Shown: positions 30,296 to 40,681 of the stretch, one piece after another
Layout: every line of letters begins with the position of its first letter
Position numbering within the stretch: the stretch's first letter is position 1
Assembly (NCBI GenBank): GCA_043823065.1
Contig: JBDRBB010000001.1
Coordinates: 96,001-160,000 of the forward strand
Direction of reading: 5' to 3'
DNA: 64,000 bases
DNA from: Pseudomonadota bacterium
GTDB taxonomy: Bacteria > UBA10199 > 2-02-FULL-44-16 > DYJF01
Notes under the pieces: generated by a model
Database searches by the model: none
Seen by the model: the letters and a program-made list of their open reading frames with translations, nothing else
What the model was told of the DNA's origin: nothing
Position numbers and translations under genes: made by a program

Positions 30296-33166
30296 TTAAT
30301 CCCTGCCTTTTTTGCAAATTTTGTTTCGATGATAAGGGCATTTAAAACAGGGCGGTTGCTTAACAACGACCTCAAATTTTTCTTGCTTAATATTATTAAT
30401 TATTTTTTCAAGTTTAGATTTATATTTTTTAGCCCACACGTCATCTATAGTTAATGGCCAAATAATATCTGGTTCTAAAAAATATAATTTTGTCTCGCTA
30501 ATGTTTAAGGCCAAAGCATAGGTTGCCAGCTGCAGTTCATATTCTTGAGAGCTTTTTTCTACTTCTTTATCTGTGATATGGTCTGTTTTGAAATCAATTA
30601 TTTCAAAACCACTCTTGCCAGGTTTTAGCCAATCAATTGTTCCGGTAATAATAGAATCATTAAACTTCCAATCAAAATGCAATTCTCTTTGACCGCTGTT
30701 TATGTTCTTAGCTAAAGGATTTTTCAAAAAAGTTAGTACTGGTTTTTCAATGACTTTAATTATTTTTGAAACAGGATTTATATTAGAGTTGATGCATTCA
30801 GCTTTGATTAAATCTTGAAGATGGGTTTTTAAACTGGGCTCATACTTTTGAATAATACTATGAATAATCGATCCTTTTATATTTGCTGGAAGAAGATCAG
30901 GCTTGCGTGAAAAAAAATCTTCCGCAGGTAGTCCCAAATGATATTTGAGAAAATATTCATGAGGACAGCGCTCATAGCATTCTAACTCTGAAACAGTAAA
31001 AAAACTGGGCGTAAATGAAGTCACTGGTTCAGTTGCGGCCATAGAAATATTATTCAACTTAAGTTGCAATGACTTATCTTGTTTAGATAAGTCCTGACCA
31101 GGATTTAGAATAGTTATGGAGCTTTTCTCTGTTGGCAAAGCCAGCCATTCTTGCCACTTTCCAGAAGGTTTTTGGCCATGGTGAATTGGGATAATTAGAC
31201 GATCTTTGGCCCTGGTAATTGCTACATAAAGCAATCTTTGCAATTCTTGTTCTTCTTCAGCCAAGTCCACTTCTTTGAGTTCCCTAAAAGCTGTAGTTTC
31301 TTGACGTTCCGCAAATGGCTGGACAGGGTTCTTAAGTTTAACTTCCAGACCTTTGTTGCGCACAAAGCGCCACGGATTTGCGTTAGCTGATTTCTTGCGC
31401 AAAAGATCAGGCAGAATGACTATTGGAAATTCTAAGCCTTTGGCTGCGTGAACAGTAAGGCAAGATATCACATCAGTACCAAAAGCGCTAACTGTCGGGT
31501 CACCTAGATGGGCATTTTTGGCCTTCATTTCATTTAAAAAACTGACAAATGTTTCCAAAGTAATAGGACCTGACTGTTCAAAGCTCTTGGCTAAACCTAT
31601 TATGCGCTCTAAATTAGCAGTCATGCTGCCAGAAGCGTCAAGCTTATCACAAATAAGGTCATAGCCGGTTTTTTGAATGGCTTGCTCCAGAATTTCAGAA
31701 GGTCTAAGATGCAAGGATGCTTGTTTTAAAAAATCTAAAATTCTCAGTCTTTGATCTGACTGCTGATTTTGACAAAAATGCAAACACTCTTCGTCAGAAA
31801 AGCCAATAAAAGGGGAACGCAGCAAACCTAAAAGAGCTGGTTTACTTTGTGGGTTAACCACATAGGTTAAGAGGTTAATTAAATCATTGGTCTCACGTTT
31901 TTCCAGCAATCCTTTGCCTCCCAAAAATCGATAAGGAATGTTATGTTTTTTAAAACTTGTTTCATATTCATGAAGATTGGTCATAGCTTGAAATAAACAG
32001 GCAATGTCAGAATATTTGTATCCCTGTTTATTTACTAGATTGTTAATTTGTTCAACCAGAGCAAGGGCCTCCTTTTGTCTGGCTGCTCCAAGTGATTTTT
32101 CCGGATTAGTGAACAACATAGTTTGCACAGCTTTGGCATTTTTTGCATCTGGGCGCGCGGGATTTAGTTGGTGAAAGTTAAAAAGCGAATTAGCAAAATA
32201 AACTATTTCAGGTTCAGAACGAAAATTATCGGTTAGAGAAATTATTTGGCCATTATTTTCCTGAATTTTTTTAAGAGCTTGCTCAAAACAATTAACATTG
32301 GCTCCGCGAAAGCGATAAATGGATTGATGCGGGTCCCCCACAATAGCCAAAAAATTTTGTGTTGGAGAAGCCAGAGTAAATATCAGCTCAGATTGCAGAT
32401 CATTGGTATCTTGAAATTCATCTACCAAAATATGGGCAAACTTTTTTTGATAAAAAGCTCGGATCTTGGGAAAGCTTGTTAATAAATGGAGAGCGTTAAT
32501 TTCCAGTTGTTGAAAATCAAGCGCTTCTTTTGCCCTCAAACTTGCAAGAATGTTTTGCTCAATGCGCAAATAACAATGTTTAATGGCCTGCTTGATTTTT
32601 ATTTCATGTTTTGATCCTTTGGCAGGTAAATTCAAAATTTGCCGCGTATGCCAACGAAAAGCACAAAGGTCGGTAAACAAGCCAAGGGCATGTTTGAAAT
32701 CCATTTCTTCAATTAATAATAGTGCTTGTTCATCTTTTTCATCCAGCAGACCCAGCAAAGTAGAAGTGCAGACTTGTTGCCCAAGCAGATGCATTTGATT
32801 TTCATCAAGAATTCTAAAATTAGGATCAAGGTCTAAGAGGGCAGCGTTTTGTCTAAGTATTTTAGCGCAAAAACTGTGAAAAGTTCCAATCCAGGCATTA
32901 ACCAGTACATGTTGGCTGTTTGGCGGAAGATGTTTTCTCAATCTTTCCAGGAGTTCGCCAGCAGCTTTTTCCGTAAAAGTTATAATTAGAAAATTGTTAA
33001 GCAGGTCCGGATTATTTTTTATTATGTTTAAACAACGCTGGATCAAGACCGTTGTCTTTCCAGAACCTGCCCCAGCTATAATTCCCACCCATTCCTGGGT
33101 GGCTTCAATTGCTTTCTTCTGAGCTGGTGTCAGTGTTTTTTGCGTTGTAGCGACAGATGTTTTCAT
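30296..33166 (-). CDS. addA: AddA-like UvrD helicase with PD-(D/E)xK nuclease domain
   Basis: AGAGSGKT, TFTEKAA, DEFQDTN, GDPHQSIYRFRGA, LLYVAITRA, GTID..IIDFKT; start moved to MKTS. Confidence 0.9.
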   Translation of the reverse strand: MKTSVATTQKTLTPAQKKAIEATQEWVGIIAGAGSGKTTVLIQRCLNIIKNNPDLLNNFLIITFTEKAAGELLERLRKHLPPNSQHVLVNAWIGTFHSFCAKILRQNAALLDLDPNFRILDENQMHLLGQQVCTSTLLGLLDEKDEQALLLIEEMDFKHALGLFTDLCAFRWHTRQILNLPAKGSKHEIKIKQAIKHCYLRIEQNILASLRAKEALDFQQLEINALHLLTSFPKIRAFYQKKFAHILVDEFQDTNDLQSELIFTLASPTQNFLAIVGDPHQSIYRFRGANVNCFEQALKKIQENNGQIISLTDNFRSEPEIVYFANSLFNFHQLNPARPDAKNAKAVQTMLFTNPEKSLGAARQKEALALVEQINNLVNKQGYKYSDIACLFQAMTNLHEYETSFKKHNIPYRFLGGKGLLEKRETNDLINLLTYVVNPQSKPALLGLLRSPFIGFSDEECLHFCQNQQSDQRLRILDFLKQASLHLRPSEILEQAIQKTGYDLICDKLDASGSMTANLERIIGLAKSFEQSGPITLETFVSFLNEMKAKNAHLGDPTVSAFGTDVISCLTVHAAKGLEFPIVILPDLLRKKSANANPWRFVRNKGLEVKLKNPVQPFAERQETTAFRELKEVDLAEEEQELQRLLYVAITRAKDRLIIPIHHGQKPSGKWQEWLALPTEKSSITILNPGQDLSKQDKSLQLKLNNISMAATEPVTSFTPSFFTVSELECYERCPHEYFLKYHLGLPAEDFFSRKPDLLPANIKGSIIHSIIQKYEPSLKTHLQDLIKAECINSNINPVSKIIKVIEKPVLTFLKNPLAKNINSGQRELHFDWKFNDSIITGTIDWLKPGKSGFEIIDFKTDHITDKEVEKSSQEYELQLATYALALNISETKLYFLEPDIIWPLTIDDVWAKKYKSKLEKIINNIKQEKFEVVVKQPPCFKCPYHRNKICKKGRD

Positions 33167-35750
33167 AATCACAATAAGTTGGGCAATTATTTGGTTTAAC
33201 CCTAAAGTCTGCATCCCGAATTTTTTCAATTAAAGTTGCAGCTGCTTTAAGCGAATTTTCTATTAAATCTTCCCATTGTTCATCATCTAAAAGACTTCTG
33301 GCTCTGCCTACGTCATAGTGAATGTGTTGAAATTGTTTTTTTAAAAAACCATGTTTTTTTTCCGCAGTTTTAACGCTAACCAGCATTGCACCTAAAGGAA
33401 CACTGTCTGGTAAAAGCAAGCTGCGCACTGCCTGAACGTACATGGGTAATTGAAAGTGTAGGCCTTGTTTAATGCTATTTAAAACACTGCTGGTCTTTCC
33501 GCTCTTATAATCAAGAACCAAAAAACATTTATTGTCAGCAGTTGTATCAATGCGGTCAATGCGTCCCTGAATTAAAGCTGGCTCTTGTTGAGTAATATCT
33601 AGTTTTAGATCAAAATTCCATTCAGATTTTAGGGGTAAGACCGGGCTTGCTAACAGTCTGCATAATTCAATTTCCATTTTTATAACTTGCTCAGCAAGTA
33701 AATAAACTTTCTTTTTTTCCAAATCTCGCAATCCTGCAGCAGAATAGGCAATTAAATCTTGGTATTTGTGAAATAAATCATCAACTATTTTAGCTAGGGT
33801 AGGTTTTAAAAGATTAAGTTTTCCAGAATCCGCAATTATAGTTTTAAATAAATCTAAATTATTACTGTAGAAGCGTTCTAAAGCAGCGTGAATAATGCTG
33901 CCTAAATCTTTGGCTTGAATTTCTGGAGTTATCTCTTGATCGGGTTTTAATTTTAAAACTTTTTCCAGATAAAATCTAAAAGGGCACTGGGCATATTTTT
34001 CAATTTGGGAAGGGCTCAAGGGTTCAGAAATAAAGCGTTGTTTAATCATTTGGCGCAGTTTTGCATCAACAATTAAGCCATGATATTGAGGATGCTCCAT
34101 CAGGCCAAAATCACGTTCCAACTCTACTTTGCTGATATGATCAAGATTATTTTCAAGCTCAGGATTATTTTGCAGCAAATTATTGCTGGTTTTTATGATG
34201 ACAGGTTCTGGTTTTTGAAACTGCTCCAGAAAAAAAGAAGGCATAGATTCTTGGCAATACGATAAAATAATCTTGGTTTTTGTGTTTTGCAATAGTCTTT
34301 GGAATAGAAAATGTTCTTGTCCTAATTTTTCAACAGACGAAAGAAATGCTGATTGAATTTTTGGATAGACAGCCAGATATTCATAGTTAAAAAAGACGTT
34401 GTCATTAGATTGCCTGGGATATTGTTTTTCCTGCATCTGGGGGATGATTAAAACGTCAATGTTCTGCGGGGCAGTATTTTCAAAAAAGAACAAATTCAAT
34501 GACGTAATTTTAGAAAGTTCCTGGCTGAAACTTGGCGGATTATTTAATTCATCTTCTAAAAGTCGCAGAAAAATATTTTTCGAAATATTGGGTACATTAA
34601 GATAGTCAGCCTGTGCCCCTAAGTTATGCAAGATAGTTTCAGTTTTGTTCAAGTTGATTATGCTTCTGGTCCAATATCTGTCTTCTGTTGTGTATTTGCT
34701 GATATCTTTTTGATACATTTTCTTTAAGATAATTAAAAATTGGGCGCAGAATTCACTTGGTTTGGCTGATTCAGGAAGTGCGTTGTAAATCTCTTCAGAA
34801 AATAGCTGATGCGCAAATGGCGCAGCTAAAGGACGATTTAAGCGAAATGAAGATTTAGCCAGACCGGTTTTAGCGAGCCTTTCAAGTAGATCTATAGCTT
34901 GGTGAGAAGTTTTCCGAAAACAAAGTCCAATGCTGGCTGGAGACACCTTTTCTTTTAAGAGCGCATTGATTTGCTCGATAATAAATTGCGTTTCCTGAGC
35001 AGGTGATCTTAGCAAAAAAACTTTTGGCTCAGGTGGGGAAACTTTATGACCTGTCTCTGATATTTCCTGAGCAACTGTTTTTAAATTTAGCCAGGTTTTT
35101 TCTAAATATGGTTTGCAGTTAAGGTTAAAGTTATCAGGATTGGGAAAGCTAACAATTATATTTTGATTTGGGTCTTGGCTCAGTGCATTTAAAAATTCAA
35201 TCTGGCCAGCAGAAAAATAGTGAAACTTATCAAAAATTATTTGTTTTACGCTTTGTAAATATGTCGCCTGCTTTGTTTTTATTTTGTTTAAAGAAAGTTG
35301 AAAAAGATCTCCTTCATCTAAAAAACCGCGAGATTTCTTTTTGCGTTCATATTGTTCATAAATTTTTACAAAATCCAGTTCGCGGGAAAAGTGTCGCTGG
35401 CCAATTGTCTTTTTGATTTGTTCTACAAATAATAAGTTATGTTTTAGCAAAGTAATGGTTTGAGCTGCTTGTTTGGCTAATCCCAAATGAGTTGACTTAA
35501 AATAAGCTAATTGGCATGAGGGCAGGAGTTGATAGATGAACAGAACTTGGGCTTGATTGGAAATAACCGGTAATGTTGTATTGGCTATTCTTTGAATAAG
35601 CTCGGGGAATGTAATAAATTTATCGCCGATTAAAAGATGATTTTCTTCTAAAAATTGTCGGCGTTTGGCCAAACAGCTTGCTTGGTCAGCTAAAATCCAT
35701 AGGCTTTCCTCTTGGAATTTAATGGAATTAGTAACTAATTTTAGCGGCAT
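33105..35750 (-). CDS. addB: AddB-like nuclease subunit with Fe-S cysteines
   Basis: SPSQIEKYAQCPF, GRIDRID, LDYKSG, QLPMY, CPTYCDYENIC; the ORF-track N-terminal MDSRFRGND is translated REP sequence. Confidence 0.88.
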   Translation of the reverse strand: MPLKLVTNSIKFQEESLWILADQASCLAKRRQFLEENHLLIGDKFITFPELIQRIANTTLPVISNQAQVLFIYQLLPSCQLAYFKSTHLGLAKQAAQTITLLKHNLLFVEQIKKTIGQRHFSRELDFVKIYEQYERKKKSRGFLDEGDLFQLSLNKIKTKQATYLQSVKQIIFDKFHYFSAGQIEFLNALSQDPNQNIIVSFPNPDNFNLNCKPYLEKTWLNLKTVAQEISETGHKVSPPEPKVFLLRSPAQETQFIIEQINALLKEKVSPASIGLCFRKTSHQAIDLLERLAKTGLAKSSFRLNRPLAAPFAHQLFSEEIYNALPESAKPSEFCAQFLIILKKMYQKDISKYTTEDRYWTRSIINLNKTETILHNLGAQADYLNVPNISKNIFLRLLEDELNNPPSFSQELSKITSLNLFFFENTAPQNIDVLIIPQMQEKQYPRQSNDNVFFNYEYLAVYPKIQSAFLSSVEKLGQEHFLFQRLLQNTKTKIILSYCQESMPSFFLEQFQKPEPVIIKTSNNLLQNNPELENNLDHISKVELERDFGLMEHPQYHGLIVDAKLRQMIKQRFISEPLSPSQIEKYAQCPFRFYLEKVLKLKPDQEITPEIQAKDLGSIIHAALERFYSNNLDLFKTIIADSGKLNLLKPTLAKIVDDLFHKYQDLIAYSAAGLRDLEKKKVYLLAEQVIKMEIELCRLLASPVLPLKSEWNFDLKLDITQQEPALIQGRIDRIDTTADNKCFLVLDYKSGKTSSVLNSIKQGLHFQLPMYVQAVRSLLLPDSVPLGAMLVSVKTAEKKHGFLKKQFQHIHYDVGRARSLLDDEQWEDLIENSLKAAATLIEKIRDADFRVKPNNCPTYCDYENICRYNAKNTDTSSEESN

Positions 35751-35762
35751 ATAATCCCCATT

Positions 35763-35787
35763 GTCATTCCCGCGAAAGCGGGAATCC
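35763..35787. repeat. REP-like palindrome GTCATTCCCGCGAAAGCGGGAATCC
   Basis: Same core at 60390 and 62940; located in the addB 5' region. Confidence 0.9.
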
Positions 35788-35834
35788 AATATAGATGTAT
35801 TAATGGTTCATAAGGCAGGGGTCAATATCGTATT

Positions 35835-37811
35835 ATGCAAAAAAAATATGCAGAAATATTAGGGCAGCAAGGTAGGTTAGCCAAAAAGCTTGCTAGTTAT
35901 GAATATAGACCAGGCCAAATGGAAATGGCTGAAGCTATAGCCCAGATTATAGATGTGAACGGTCAGATTATGGTTGAAGGCGGCACAGGTGTTGGCAAGA
36001 GTTTTGCCTATCTTATTCCTCTTTTGGAATGGAGCGTTAAACAAGGGAATAGGGTGGTGGTTACAACTCATACCAAGGCCTTGCAAGAGCAGTTAGCCAA
36101 AAAAGATCTTCCATTTTTACAAAAAGTTTTAGATTTGGATTTTAAATATGCACTTTGTTTTGGCGCTGAAAACTATCTTTGTTTAAGGCGCGCGCAAAGA
36201 TCTTGGCAAAGAGGATTGTTTGAATCTTCCTTGGAAGCCACAGAATTTGAAAAACTCATGGAATGGGCCGATCAAACCAAGACTGGTTTAAAAACCGAGC
36301 TCTATTTTGAGCCCCATCTTTCCACCTGGTTAAAGCTTTGTAGGGAGCGGGATCTTTGCCGGGGCAGGCATTGCAAAAATTTTGAAGAATGTTTTTATAC
36401 TAAAGCTCGCAAACAGCAACAAGAAGCTAACCTGCTCATTGCTAATCATCATTTGTTTTTTGCCAATTTAGCTTCTGGTAAGCAAGTTTTGCCCAGTTTT
36501 GAAGGAGTGGTTTTTGATGAAGCGCATAATTTAGAGGAGGTGGCAGCCGCCCATTTGGGTTTTGAATTAACCAATAATCAACTTAAATATTTGTTAGATG
36601 AATTTGCCAATCAACGCTATAAGACCGGTTTTTTGCACACTATTAAGGAACTACGAGAAAATCCAGAGCTGGCTGTATTGTTAAATGCTAGTCGTCAAGC
36701 AGCAGATGTTTTTTTTAATTCTGTGCAGGAAATTTTGGGAAATACAGCCACCCTAAGGCTGCAAAGTTCCGGTCAACTGGCTGACACCTTGGCAGCTACA
36801 ATTGAACAATTCGTGGAAGCAGTTAATGATCATACTCAAGATATTGAAGATGGAGAAGATCAGGAAGAATTGTCTTTGCGTTTGTTGCGCTTGCAAACTT
36901 GGGCTGAAACATGCACTGAGTTTTGCCAGCAAAAAAGAGGGGATCATGTTTATTGGTTGGAGGCTCAGGCTAGAGCGCGCAATTTAAAATATCTGCTCTG
37001 TGCTTCGCCAATTGATGTTGCGCCTTATTTAAAAGAATTACTTTTTAAGGAAAGCCATCCTTTGGTTTTAACTTCCGCAACCATTACAGTGAACAATTCT
37101 TTTGATTATTTAAAACAAAGATTAGGAATTGATCACGCTTACGGGTTGATTATTTCTTCGCCATTTGATTTTGCCAAACAAACTTTGCTTTATACACCCG
37201 ATGGTTTGCCCGACCCGGCCTATAATGAAATTGATTATGTAGAAGCCATTAGTAATCAGATAGAGGGCTTAACTCACGTTACTCAAGGCCGTAGCTTTGT
37301 GCTTTTTACCAGTTATAAAATGTTGAATATGGTCTATGAAAATTTGCGGGATAAGCTCGGTGATTTTAATTTGTTAAAACAGGGTGATATTTCTCGTTGG
37401 CAGATGTTGGAGCAGTTCAAGAAGGCCCAGCGGGCCGTGCTTTTTGGCACAGCCTCTTTTTGGCAAGGGGTTGATGTACCTGGAGAGGCTTTGGAATCAG
37501 TAATTATTACGCGTCTGCCATTTGCTGTGCCCAATCATCCTTTGGTTGAAGCTAGAATTGCTAGTATAACAGAAAAGGGTGGCAATGCTTTTCTTGCTTA
37601 TCAAATCCCGCAAGCTGTTTTGCTTTTTCGCCAAGGCGTTGGCAGATTAATTCGCCATCGCCAGGATTTGGGAATTGTGAGTATTTTAGATCCTAGAGTT
37701 AAAACCAGAAATTATGGCAAGTATTTTCTGAATTCAATTCCAGTTTGCCAGACAATAACTGATATTGAAAAATTGGCTCAGTCTTATCAAAATTTAAGAA
37801 ATCTTAAATAA
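35835..37811 (+). CDS. dinG: DinG/YoaA-family Fe-S helicase
   Basis: RPGQ, GTGVGKS, DEAH, SAT, FWQGVD, QGVGRLIR, Cys cluster. Confidence 0.92.
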   Translation: MQKKYAEILGQQGRLAKKLASYEYRPGQMEMAEAIAQIIDVNGQIMVEGGTGVGKSFAYLIPLLEWSVKQGNRVVVTTHTKALQEQLAKKDLPFLQKVLDLDFKYALCFGAENYLCLRRAQRSWQRGLFESSLEATEFEKLMEWADQTKTGLKTELYFEPHLSTWLKLCRERDLCRGRHCKNFEECFYTKARKQQQEANLLIANHHLFFANLASGKQVLPSFEGVVFDEAHNLEEVAAAHLGFELTNNQLKYLLDEFANQRYKTGFLHTIKELRENPELAVLLNASRQAADVFFNSVQEILGNTATLRLQSSGQLADTLAATIEQFVEAVNDHTQDIEDGEDQEELSLRLLRLQTWAETCTEFCQQKRGDHVYWLEAQARARNLKYLLCASPIDVAPYLKELLFKESHPLVLTSATITVNNSFDYLKQRLGIDHAYGLIISSPFDFAKQTLLYTPDGLPDPAYNEIDYVEAISNQIEGLTHVTQGRSFVLFTSYKMLNMVYENLRDKLGDFNLLKQGDISRWQMLEQFKKAQRAVLFGTASFWQGVDVPGEALESVIITRLPFAVPNHPLVEARIASITEKGGNAFLAYQIPQAVLLFRQGVGRLIRHRQDLGIVSILDPRVKTRNYGKYFLNSIPVCQTITDIEKLAQSYQNLRNLK

Positions 37812-37815
37812 ATTC

Positions 37816-38256
37816 TCAAAATGGCACGTCATCTGTGCCGCCAGCATCAAAAGTTGGCACATCATCAGCTGGGCCAGCATCAGTAGTAGAAGTTGTGGTA
37901 GTTCTGGCGCCAGTGCTGCCGCCTGAACCGCCGATAAATAAAACTCTTTGGGCCACGATTTCAGTTGTGGTTTTCTTAACGCCGTCTTTGTCTTCCCATT
38001 GGCGGGTTTGCAAGCGACCTTCCACGCATACTTGGCGACCTTTGCTTAAATATTGGGCGCAGTTTTCAGCCTGGGCTCCCCAAACTACGATGCGGTGCCA
38101 TTCAGTGCGCTCCTGGTTTTGACCAGTGGTTTTATCTTTCCAGCGCTCGCTAGTGGCAATACTAAAAGTAGCTACAGCTTGGCCACTGGGTGTGAACCTT
38201 TTTTCTGGATCTTGTCCTAAATTACCGATCAAAGTTACTCTGTTTAAGCTAGCCAT
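37816..38256 (-). CDS. ssb: Single-stranded DNA-binding protein
   Basis: [23 protein letters not shown]-terminal DDVPF. Confidence 0.97.
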   Translation of the reverse strand: MASLNRVTLIGNLGQDPEKRFTPSGQAVATFSIATSERWKDKTTGQNQERTEWHRIVVWGAQAENCAQYLSKGRQVCVEGRLQTRQWEDKDGVKKTTTEIVAQRVLFIGGSGGSTGARTTTTSTTDAGPADDVPTFDAGGTDDVPF

Positions 38257-38272
38257 AATAACTCCCTTCGTT

Positions 38273-38974
38273 TTATTTGTTAGCAATTTTTAATTTTTTT
38301 TCTAAACCTTCCAGGCTGGTTTGCCAAAAAGTATATGAATAATCATGGCGCCAGCTTGGGGTTTGTTCTTTGGCGGTTAATAAAGCTTCCAAAGCTTCCT
38401 TATTCTTATCTTTAGCAAGTAAAGTTTCAGCCATAAAGATTTGATTTTCTGGATAATCAGGATCTATGCGTACTGCGCGTTTGAGATAGTTTTCAGCTTT
38501 ATCTAAATCGCGGCTAACACTATCAGGCCTACCTACGGTTTGGGGAAGTTTGGTATAAACTTGTCCTAAAATACGATAGGCCCCGCCATGGTCGTATTTA
38601 GGATCAAACTTGATCACATCTTCGCAATCAGCAATTATCTGTTTGATGCCTTTTTGATAACCAATTACACGCGCTTCATAATATAAACCGGTATTAATAG
38701 CTCGGTAATAATAGCAGCCTGGCTCTTCTGGATAACGCATTAAACATTGTTCAGCTACGGAAATACCATGTTCAGACCAGTTTATTTTTTCTTGGCGCGT
38801 TTCAGCTGCCTGTGCTTGCTGGGAAGATTGTTTGCTGACATTAATAAATTCTTCAGTGCTTGTAAAAGGAGCTGCGCTAGTAATTGATGGTTTATGCGAA
38901 GAGCAAGCTTGAAGCAAAAACAAACCATTAAGAGCAATGGTTGCTAATAATATGCTTAATCGTACATTTGACAT
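38273..38974 (-). CDS. TPR-repeat lipoprotein
   Basis: Lipobox LQAC; helical TPR-like repeats. Confidence 0.75.
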   Translation of the reverse strand: MSNVRLSILLATIALNGLFLLQACSSHKPSITSAAPFTSTEEFINVSKQSSQQAQAAETRQEKINWSEHGISVAEQCLMRYPEEPGCYYYRAINTGLYYEARVIGYQKGIKQIIADCEDVIKFDPKYDHGGAYRILGQVYTKLPQTVGRPDSVSRDLDKAENYLKRAVRIDPDYPENQIFMAETLLAKDKNKEALEALLTAKEQTPSWRHDYSYTFWQTSLEGLEKKLKIANK

Positions 38975-39105
38975 AGATTATGCTCCTAGCACGTGTTAGG
39001 TTAGATCTTCAAGGTAAATCTTTGATTGTTGTTCAAAAACCGTTGTTCAAAAACTTGACGTAATGATATGGGTAGTGTACACAAACGGGTCAAAATTGAG
39101 GATAA

Positions 39106-39177
39106 GGCGGCGTAGCCAAGTGGTAAGGCGACGGTCTGCAAAACCGTTATACACCGGTTCGACCCCGGTCGCCGCCT
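39106..39177 (+). tRNA. tRNA-Cys(GCA)
   Basis: GGCGGCG acceptor stem, ACGGT-CTGCAAA-ACCGT anticodon arm, GGTTCGA T-loop; CCA not encoded. Confidence 0.97.
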
Positions 39178-39193
39178 CAGAAATGTTAAATTA

Positions 39194-39280
39194 GCCCGGG
39201 TGGCGGAACAGGCAGACGCAAGGGACTTAAAATCCCTCGAGGTGTATAACCTCGTACCGGTTCAATTCCGGTCCCGGGCA
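39194..39280 (+). tRNA. tRNA-Leu(TAA)
   Basis: GCCCGGG acceptor stem, AGGGA-CTTAAAA-TCCCT, long variable arm; CCA not encoded. Confidence 0.97.
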
Positions 39281-39285
39281 CAAAG

Positions 39286-39972
39286 ATGCCCCAATTTAAT
39301 CAAGAAGATTTCAACAAATTTGTTCTAGAAAACAAAGTAATTGGTTTATTTGATAAGCCAGTCATTTTGAAGTCTGGCCGAAAATCGCATTGGTACGCTA
39401 ATTGGCGTACAGTTACTTCAGACACTTTTCTCACAGATCAACTCTCAGATTTTTTGTTAAATTTTGTCGCTGATTTAGATTTAAAATTTGCTGGTTTTTT
39501 TGGCGTGCCTGAAGGTGCCACCAAAGTTGCGCTTATTAGCAATTTTAAGTGGGCTAGAACTCAACCTGGTTATGCAAAACATAGTCATTGGTTAGCTATG
39601 GGCAGGGGAAAGCCCAAAGAACATGGCGCAGCTCAGGATAAATATTTTCTGGGTTTGCCCAAAGGCCAGGTGATTGTTGTGGAAGATGTAACCACCACCG
39701 GCGGATCTTTAATAAAAACTATTAATCAATTAAAAGAAATTGGGGTGCAGGTTGTAGCTGCTATTGGAATTTTTAATCGCCTGGAAGTAGATGATCAAAA
39801 AATAAGTGTGGCCAAGTTGGTTAAAGAAGCAGGTGCAGATTACTATGCCATGAGTGAGGCTGCCAGTTTGTTGCCAAAGTTGTGCACCCGAGCCAAACCA
39901 AGTTTGGAAATAATTGATGCTATTGAAAAGGAGTTTATTGATTTTGGCGTTGAACCCCTCAAATTGAGGTAA
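39286..39972 (+). CDS. pyrE: Orotate phosphoribosyltransferase-like protein
   Basis: LKSGRKS, KPKEHG, VVEDVTTTGGS PRPP motif; adjacent to pyrF. Confidence 0.85.
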   Translation: MPQFNQEDFNKFVLENKVIGLFDKPVILKSGRKSHWYANWRTVTSDTFLTDQLSDFLLNFVADLDLKFAGFFGVPEGATKVALISNFKWARTQPGYAKHSHWLAMGRGKPKEHGAAQDKYFLGLPKGQVIVVEDVTTTGGSLIKTINQLKEIGVQVVAAIGIFNRLEVDDQKISVAKLVKEAGADYYAMSEAASLLPKLCTRAKPSLEIIDAIEKEFIDFGVEPLKLR

Positions 39973-39975
39973 ATT

Positions 39976-40674
39976 ATGATAATTGAAAAAGAAAAAACTT
40001 TAATTCCAGCTTGTGATGTAACTCCAAAACGTTTTGAAATATTGGTTAAAGAAACTGCAGCTATTCCAGAAATTGGCGCTTATAAAATTGGTTTTATGCT
40101 AGGCCTGACTATTGGCTTGCCCAAGACTTGCGAAATAGCGCGCAAATACACGGACAAACCTTTAATTTATGATCATCAAAAAGCAGGCACAGACATTCCA
40201 GACACAGGTTGGCCGTTTATGGAAATTTGCAAAAAAGCTGGAATTAACGCAGTGATCCTATTTCCGCAAGCAGGAATTGAAACTGAAAGAACCTGGATTG
40301 CTGCAGCCAAGGAACATAATTTAGGAGTTATTGTGGGTGGTTTGATGACTCACAAAGGTTATACCAGAGCTGAGGGCGGATTCTTAGCAGACGAAGCTGT
40401 ACTGGATATGTATTTGGCAGCAGTGAAATTTGGCGTAAATGATTTTGTAGTGCCAGGCACCAAGCCAGAAGCTATTCATAAAATTCGCGTGACTTTGGAA
40501 AATATTGGTGTTGAACCAACTTTTTATTCTCCTGGATTAGTTACTCAAAAAGGCAACATTAGCGAAGCCTTGGCAGCTGCTGGTTCCAGATGGCACGCCA
40601 TCATTGGTCGAGCAATCTATGAAGCTGATGATATGCAAAAAGCTGCCTCAGATTTGGCTAGGTTGATTAAGTAA
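39976..40674 (+). CDS. pyrF: Orotidine-5'-phosphate decarboxylase (divergent)
   Basis: LIPACD, YKIG, DHQKAGTDIPDT, SPG..Q.G, IIGRAIY. Confidence 0.85.
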   Translation: MIIEKEKTLIPACDVTPKRFEILVKETAAIPEIGAYKIGFMLGLTIGLPKTCEIARKYTDKPLIYDHQKAGTDIPDTGWPFMEICKKAGINAVILFPQAGIETERTWIAAAKEHNLGVIVGGLMTHKGYTRAEGGFLADEAVLDMYLAAVKFGVNDFVVPGTKPEAIHKIRVTLENIGVEPTFYSPGLVTQKGNISEALAAAGSRWHAIIGRAIYEADDMQKAASDLARLIK

Positions 40675-40681
40675 AATGTTA

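Noticed and set aside
35751..35789. AddB N-terminal extension MDSRFRGND
   Set aside because: Translated REP sequence; a better start with a GGGGA RBS is at 35750.
39106..39300. Prophage or island integrated at the tRNAs
   Set aside because: No integrase, phage genes or duplicated tRNA 3' end seen in the window.
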